Assembly: GCA_030390025.1 (NCBI GenBank)
Contig: JASTWF010000302.1
Location: 434,001-498,000 of the forward strand
Reading direction: 5' to 3'
DNA: 64,000 nucleotides
DNA from: Squalus acanthias
Lineage: Eukaryota
Numbering within the stretch: the stretch's first letter is position 1; each line of letters opens with the position of its first letter. The notes under the pieces are model-generated. The model worked only from the letters and a program-made list of their open reading frames with translations, searched no databases and was not told where the DNA came from. Positions 56,491 to 64,000 of this stretch are shown piece after piece. The position numbers and the translations under genes were made by a program.

Positions 56491-57195
56491 ATGCACAATT
56501 ATGTGCTCCTTTATATTATATAATTATGCATTTTAAAACTGATTACTACTTGGGAATTTCTTCAACAGGCTCCGGATCATCACTGCTGTTGATGTTATGG
56601 GACTCCCTTGGAGATACAGACAACTGAATTAATTCCTGGTCGCGAGTCCTATCTATGGAAAATGAAACATCATAACGCTTAAATAGTGCCTATTATATCA
56701 TAGAATCTCGAAAGATGACCATCTGAATCCGCACCAACATGCGCCAAAATATCATTCAGGAGCGGGGAGCCCAGAACATGGCTCCCTATCTAATCCAGTG
56801 GTGATCTGGTAATTTCAATGCTGCTTTCGCTGGCATATCAACTCTGCAAGGAAAATTCAGAAATGTGATTCTAGTCACCATATAATAACAGCTCAACACA
56901 TTAATTAAAATATTGTAACCCTCACACACTTACTGTCTCTTAAAACAACAATTCAATAAGTTGCATAGATATCTTGCTGATAAGGGAAAACCTACAGATA
57001 TTTCAAAAAAATACAAATTCCAAGAAGCGAGCCACCCGCCGACCCTCAGGAAATATCACTGCTCAAAATCAACGCGTGGAACATAGGGGGTGAGTATATT
57101 TTCCAAATGTTTCTGGAGCCGTGTCTGGAAACAGGCCCGCACTTCAGTAAACATAAGACGAAGTATGACAGGATTTGTTCAGTTTATCAAACAAA

Positions 57196-60100
57196 TGGTA
57201 GCGTAGTGGTAATGTCACTCGGCTAATAGTCCAGTAGGCCTGGACTAGTGATCCAGAGACGTGAGTTCAAATCCCACCACTGCAGCTGTGGAATATAAGT
57301 TTATTTAATTAAATAAATCTGGAATAAAGCGCTTGTATCAGTAATGGAACCATAAAACTGTTGGATTGTTGTAAAACCCATTTGGTTTACTAATATCCTT
57401 TAGGGAAGGAAATCTGCCGTCCTTACCTGGTCTGGCCTATATGTGACTCCAGATCCAGAGCAATGTGGTTGAGTTTCAACTGCCCTCTGAAATAGTATAG
57501 CAATTGTAACTAACCGCTACCAAAAACAACAATAAGAATGAAACTGCACAGACCATACGGCTAAGAACACGGCAACGACACACCCAGCCCAGTCGACACT
57601 GCAAAGTCCTCCTCACCTACATCTGGGGACTTGTGCCAAAAGTGGGAGAGCTGTCCCAATGACTAGTAAAGCAACAGCCTGACGAAATCTAATTCACAGA
57701 ATCATACCTTTCAGCCAAAGTCCCAAACTCCTTCATCACCATCCCAGGGTATGTCCTGTCCCATCGGCAGGACAGACCCACCAGGGGTGGTGGCACAGTG
57801 GTATACAGTCAGGAAGAAGTGACCCTGGGAGTCCTCAATATGGAGCCCATGAAGGAAGTCTCATGGCTTAAGGTCAAGCATGGGGAAGGAAACCTCCTGC
57901 TGCTTACCACATACCGCCCTCACTCAGCAGATGAATCAGTACTCCTCCATGTTGAACACCACTTGGAAGAAGCACTGAGAGTAGCAAGGGCACAGAATGT
58001 AAGCTGGGTGGGGGACTTCAATGTCTTCACCAGGAATGGCTAGGTAGCACCGCTACTGACCGAGCTAGCAGAGTCCTGAAGACATACCTGCCAGTCTGGG
58101 CCTGCGACAGGTGGTGAGAGAACCAACACGAGGGAAAAACCTACTTGTCCTCGTCCTCACAAATCTACCTGTCGCAGATGCATCTTTCAATTACAGTATT
58201 GGTAGCAGTGACCACCGCACAGGCATTGTGAAGACGAAGTCCCATCTTCACACTGAGGACACCCTCCATCGTGTTGTGTGGCACTACCACCGTGCTAAAT
58301 GAGATAGATTCAGAACAGATCTAGCAGCTAAAAACTGGGCAAGATGAGGCGCTGTGGGCCATCATTCGCAGCAGAATTGTATTGCACTACAATCTGTAAC
58401 CTCCTGGCTCGCCATATCCCCCACTCTATCATTAACATCAAGCCAGGGGACTACCCCTGTTTCAATAAGGTGTGTAGTAAAGCATGTCAGGAGCAACACC
58501 AGGCAACCTAAAAATGAGGTGCCAAGCTGGGGAAGCTGCAACACAGGACTACATGCATGCTACAAAGCGGAAGCAGCATGCTATGGACAGGGCTAACCGA
58601 TCCCACAATCAACAGATCAGATCAAATCTCTGAAGTCCTGCCACATCCAGTCATGAATGCTGGTGGACAATTAAACAACTAACGGGAGGCGGAGGCTCCA
58701 TGAATATCTCCATCCTCAATGATGGTGGAGCTCAGCAGGTGAGTGCAAAAGACAAGGCTGAAGCGTTTGCAACCATCTTCAGCCAGAAGTGCCGAGCGGA
58801 TGATTCATATCGGCCTCCTCCTGAGTTCCCCACCATCACAGAAGCCAGTCTTCAGCCAATTCGATTCACTCCACTTGTTATCAGGCAAAGGCTGAGCGCA
58901 CTGGATACAGCAAAGGCTATGTGCCGCGACAACATACCGGCTATCGTGCTGAAGACTTGTGCTCCAGAACTAGCCAAGCTGTTCCAGTACAGCTACAACA
59001 CTGGCATCTGTCCGACAATGTGGAAAACTGCCCAGTTATGTCCTGTCCACAAAAAGCAGGTCAAATCCAACCCGGCCAAGTACCGCCCCATCAGTCTACT
59101 CTCAATCATCAGCAAAGTGGTGGAGGGTGTCACCGACGGTGCTATCAAGCGGCACTTATTCACCAAAAACCTACTCACTGTTGCCCAGTTGGGTTATGAC
59201 AAGACCAGACGGCTCCCGACCTCATTACAGCCTTGGTCCAAACATGGACAAAGAAACTGAGATCCAGAGGTGAGGTGAGAGTGTCTGCCCTTGATATCAA
59301 CGCAGCATTAGACCTAGTGTGGCATCAAAGTGCCCTAGTAAAACTGGAGTCAATGGGAATTGCGGGGGATGGGGGGGGGGGGGGGCGGGGGAGCTCCACT
59401 GGCTGGAGTCATACCTAGCACAAAGGAAGATGGTTGTGGCGGTTGAAGGTCAATCATCACAGCCCCAGGACATCGCTGCAGGAGTTCCTCAGTGCAAAGT
59501 CCTAGGGCCAACCATCTTCAGCTACTTCCTGAATGACCTTCCCTCCAACATAATGTCAGGAATGTGGAATGTCGCTGATGACTGCACAGTATTCAGCGCC
59601 ATTCACAACCCCTCAGATAATGAAGCAGTCCATGCCCGCAAGCAACAATACCTGAACGACGGTAAGGCTTGGGCTGATAATTGGCAGGTAACCTTCGCCC
59701 CACAAAAGTGCCAGGCAATGACTATCTCCAACAAGTGAGAGTCTAACCACCTCCCCTTGACATTCAACGGCATTACCATCGCTGAATCCCCCTCCATCAA
59801 CATCCTGGGGGTCACCATTGACCAGAAGCTTAACTGGACCAGCCACATAAATACGATGGCAACAAGAGCAGATCAGAGGCTAGGAGTCTGCGGCGAGTGT
59901 CTCACCTCCTGACTCCCCAAAGCCTTTCCACCATCTACAAGGCACAAGTAAGGAGTGTGATGGAATACTGTCCAAATGCCTGGATAAGTGCAGCTCCAAC
60001 AACACTCAAGAATCTCTACACCATCCAGGAAACAGAAGCCCGCTTGATTGGCACTCCATCCACCACCTTAACCATTCACTCCCTCCACCACCGACGTACA

Positions 60101-60470
60101 GTTGCTGCAGTGTGTACTATCAACAAGAAGCATTGCAGCAACTCATCAAGGCGTATTCGGCAGCACCTCCCAAACCCGCGACCTCTTCCACCTAGAAGGA
60201 CAAGGGCAACAGGCTCATGGGAGCAACACCACCTCCAAGTTCCCCTCCATGTCCCACACCATCCAGACATTGAAGTTTATCGCCGATCCTACATCGTCGC
60301 TGTATCAAAATCCTGGAACTCCCTTCCTAACAGCACTGTGGGAGTACCTTCACCATACGGACTGGAGCGGTTCAAGTAGGCGATCACCGCCACCTTCTCA
60401 AGTGCAATTCGGGATGGGCAATAAATGCTGGCCTTGTCAGCGACGCGCACATTCCATAAAAATGGCTAAA
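57196..60470 (+). mobile_element. Near full-length CR1-group LINE (APE + RT, decayed) preceded by a tRNA-like Pol III head; no recognisable ORF1
   Basis: A box TGGTAGCGTAGTGGT (57196-57210), B box GAGTTCAAATCCC (57263-57275); APE motifs TESYL, RQDRPTRGGGTVVY, VGDFNV, SSDHR; RT motifs KYRPISLLSIISKVVE, AGVPQ..VLGP, VADD; family 3' tail at 60403-60456. Confidence 0.88.
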
Positions 60471-62119
60471 AAATAACACAGCATCACAATGAACTCAGCA
60501 CAAGTAAAATTCCTGTAAGACACAAAATATAATCAGTTGGCACAATAAGCTCGGAATATCAAACTCCTATAATCTATATCTTCTTCGAAATGATATATTT
60601 TACGTCAATCTGAGAGGGCAGAAAAGGGTCTCGGTTCAACGTCTTCATGCTAACAGCTTCAGCGTGGTGCAGTGGCACTTCTACCGCTGTCATTAGATAT
60701 CCTACTTCCGCCTCTCTCATCGACATGTTTCATGGTTTCATAAATCTGCAGTTTTCCCCCTTTCACAGTGATCAACCATGTCTTATCGCACGGACCATAA
60801 CCTCAGAATCTACCCTATGCATTTCCACTGTTGGGGCTGTCACACATTAGGGCCAGAAGCCGCTTCCTTTGTATCCAATCGGTTGCATTTATGATATCAA
60901 ATGAACCAAGAATTGTCGTTTTGTGATCTTCTGAGTTGCACAGTTTGATCTTATTGGTTGCAGCTGATCAGCTGGTTTGGTGAAATACCTGTCAGTCGAA
61001 TCATACAGACCTGCTGACTTTCCAACCCTTCTTTGGCTCCCAGGCATTGATTAAGTGATCAATTGATCAGCAACCTTAGGCATATAACAAAGGAGTTGAT
61101 ATTCTCTGTTTTTGGTTTGGCCCAAACATTACATGTTCTAACTTCCGTGCGCCCAGGATTAATAATTACACACCGATTTTGGGAACGAACACTAGAGATC
61201 ACGTGGAACGCCCAAAAATTAATCTGATTATATGAAAAGCGGAAAGTAACAGTCGCCAGATGAATTCACAGGCTAATTCTAACGATCAGAGTTTAATCAC
61301 AGGCTACACAATACATCGACTGGGTAACTCACAACAGGATGCTGTGCAATGTCCTTTAATATCAACAGTTATTGACTCAGAAGATGGCAATCTACCCTCC
61401 CGCAGGAGAGTTTCTAATATAGTTTTATAAGGCACTACGATTTTGGAATGAAACATATCTTACCTTGAATTTCTCCAGGCTGCATTATGAAAATTTCTAG
61501 TCAACCCACAGATTTCAGATCTCCAGTCAGATTTGAAGGCAATATAAAACTTAGAATGTGGCACTAGCAATATAGTTGGCTACAGACAGTACGTTGAAGT
61601 CAATAAAAGAGAGGTGGACCAACCTGACAATGTTAAAATGTCTATATATACTTTCACCTTTCACTAAAATTTGCCTTATTTGTACCACAATCAGAAAGAT
61701 TAAATCATTTACCTCTATCAGTTGTCAATCCATATGCACTGGCTTTACAACCTGGCTGTTCTCTTCACTAATCATGTTAGCTTATTTCCAAACAAAGGCA
61801 CGGAGAAAAGCAAATAAACCCCTTTCAAGTCCGATGTTTCCTTTTGCACAGCCTGACGGCTCTGTACAGTTAAGGCCACCACAGCCATGGGAGCAATGGA
61901 ATTCCCGTAATGGTAGAGCTTGGTCAATCTAATTTGAAATCAAATTTCCCCTTCTTATTTGTAATTAAGAATCATAACACCAACATAACTCTTACTTTGT
62001 TACAGAGTGACGGCAAAAAATTCCCGGCAAACTATCAAAACAAGCTCAGTTTGTGAGCGGTCGATGTTATCAATTCGGAGTTAGAATCCGAGATCGTTGA
62101 TATGGTAGGAAATCTGTTC

Positions 62120-63160
62120 GGCAATACTAGGCAGAGAGCAGTGATAATGGGTATGTACTCAGATTGGCAGGATGTGACTAGTGGTGTACCCAGGGAACTG
62201 TACTGGGGCCTCAGCATTTCGTTACAATTATAGTGACTTAGATGAAGGAATATAAAGTCATATATCCAAGTTTGCTGACGACACCAAGGTGGGACAGTAA
62301 ACAGTGTAGATGGGACAGACTGTTGCAATAGGTAACTCATAAATTAAATGAGTGAGCAAGTCTGTGGCAGATGGAGTTCAACCAGGGGAAGAGTGACGTC
62401 ATCCATATTGGACCACAGAAAGATAGACCAGACTATTTTCTAAATGGTAAGCAGATAGGAACTGTGCAGGAGCAGAGAGATTTCGGGGTCCAAGTACAGA
62501 AATTACTATAACCTAGTGGACAGTTAAAACAAATAATGGAAATGTATCTTGGCTCAGAAGACCAGCAAGTAGAATCAGGATGGGTTGAGATAAGAGATAA
62601 CAAGGGGCTGAAAAAAGTGGTAGGAATAGTTTATCGGGGCCCTAACAGTAGCCAAACCATTCGACAGAGTATTAATTAAAAAATAATAAGAGCGTGTAAC
62701 AAAGGTAATATAATAACAGTGGGGGCCTTTAATCAGCATATAGATTGTACAAATCAAATTATCAAGGGTAATCTGGAGGACGGGTTCATGGAATGTATTC
62801 CAGACAGATTCAGAGAACAATACGGCATGGAACCAACCATGGAACAGGCTATTTTAGATTTAGGTTTGTGTAATAAGACAGTGTTAATTAGTAAACTTAT
62901 AGTAAAGGATCCCCCAGGAAAGAGTGATCATAATATGATAGAATTTCACTTTGAGTTTGAAAGTGACATTCTTAAGTTCGACACTAGAGTCTTAAACTTA
63001 AACAAAGCCAAATGTGTAGGTATGAGGGACGAGTTGGCTAAGGTAGAATGGAATATTAGATAAAAAGCTATGACAGTAGATAAGCAGTGGCAATCAGTTA
63101 AAGAAATATTCCAAAATTCTCAACGAATATACATTCCATTGAGAAATTAAATCTCCATGG
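62120..63160 (+). mobile_element. Two degenerate CR1-type fragments (RT piece ~62120-62530, APE piece ~62545-63160)
   Basis: SGVPREL, SKFADDT remnants; MGAFNQHIDC, EPTMEQAILDL, GKSDHNMIEF. Confidence 0.85.
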
Positions 63161-64000
63161 GAAAAGTGTTCTATTTTATAACTAAGTTGTTCAATAGAAA
63201 TGTGCACAGTTTCATTTCCCGTCCAATTGCTCACACTCAGTGAAAGCCTATTGTCCGTCGTTTCCTGTTTCTGCGCTCGCCAGCCTGATTTTATTTTCAA
63301 TTAAGATGAAAAAACAGGGGACAGGACGTGTTAGTTCGAGAGCGTGGAAGCTGCAAAACCGGCCTTGCTAATTTAGAATTACAGAGGCGATAAGCTCGAT
63401 AAGAATCATTACATACTCTCACTGCTACTGGTTTAAGGTGACTGATAAGTGAATTTCATTTCATGATGTCCTCGTTTTTTGATTTGTATTCAGGCAAATA
63501 ATACACTGATTCTATCCATTCCTGGTTGAACACGGAATCCGTGTTCTTATTTCATATTGGAAAAAGTCGTGAGCTTCGATCAGAATTCATGTCTTACCTG
63601 TTTTTAACCTCTAGCACACAATAACGTGTTTGAGAAGAGATAACACGATGAAGCACTGTCTCCATCACTGAAAGATACTGCTGAGGTTGGGGGTTAGTTG
63701 TGAGATTCGGCAGGAATGGGAGGGTGGGATAGATTCTGGTAACATTGCTGGTGTTTTAGAATATCAGAGCGCTGGTTGGGAGTCCTGTGGCTCACCTGCA
63801 GAGCAATGGCTGAGCTAAGATTTTGCCCAGTGGAGGCAGAGGTCTAACATTTAATAATGCTGGGACACGATTTTTAGATTTAGAAAAATCAGATTACGGA
63901 TCCAGGATTAAATGCAACAGATTAGCTTTAGGTGAGCTGAGGTGTGACAGGACAAAGTCATGGCCCTGGGTTTTGCAGCGTTGTGGTAGCGGTTCTGAGG

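Noticed and set aside
56560-57095. Possible exons (acceptor TTCAACAG| near 56568, donor |GTGAGT near 57090)
   Set aside because: No convincing open frame or recognisable product; isolated splice-like motifs only.
57196-57280. tRNA gene
   Set aside because: A and B boxes are present but I could not fold a clean cloverleaf; it continues into a retroelement body, so it is treated as a tRNA-derived head.
63280-64000. Start of another gene at the window end
   Set aside because: No ORF or motif support; cannot be judged without downstream sequence.

Overview
Eukaryotic, repeat-rich genomic DNA, most likely from a cartilaginous fish (inferred from the repeat families, the GPR139-like receptor fragments and the MHC sequence; the species cannot be determined). 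The window holds one apparently intact MHC class I heavy-chain gene on the + strand (leader 1893-1944, alpha1 6233-6493, alpha2 10603-10878, alpha3 11106-11372, TM 14197-14304, probable cytoplasmic exons ~15791-15896 and 17071-). It has lost several canonical peptide-anchoring residues, so it is probably nonclassical. Downstream are three decayed GPR139/GPR142-like GPCR copies. The rest is mobile DNA: CR1-type LINE fragments, a single-ORF LINE family whose longest copy starts with a tRNA-like head, a Tx1-like fragment, a DeuSINE, two Harbinger-type elements with Myb/SANT genes, and many palindromic MITEs. Two Penelope-like families are present, including a very young intact 4.36-kb RT+GIY-YIG element with a 14-bp TSD and minimal hammerhead ribozymes in its pLTRs. 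The most unusual item is the target of that element: a decayed ~620-codon class I fusion-glycoprotein-like gene (furin site, fusion peptide, HR1, Cys-rich region, HR2, TM) followed by a polypurine tract and a TG...CA LTR. This looks like the 3' end of an endogenous retro-element with an F-type (lokiretrovirus-like) envelope. All calls were made by eye; no searches were run.
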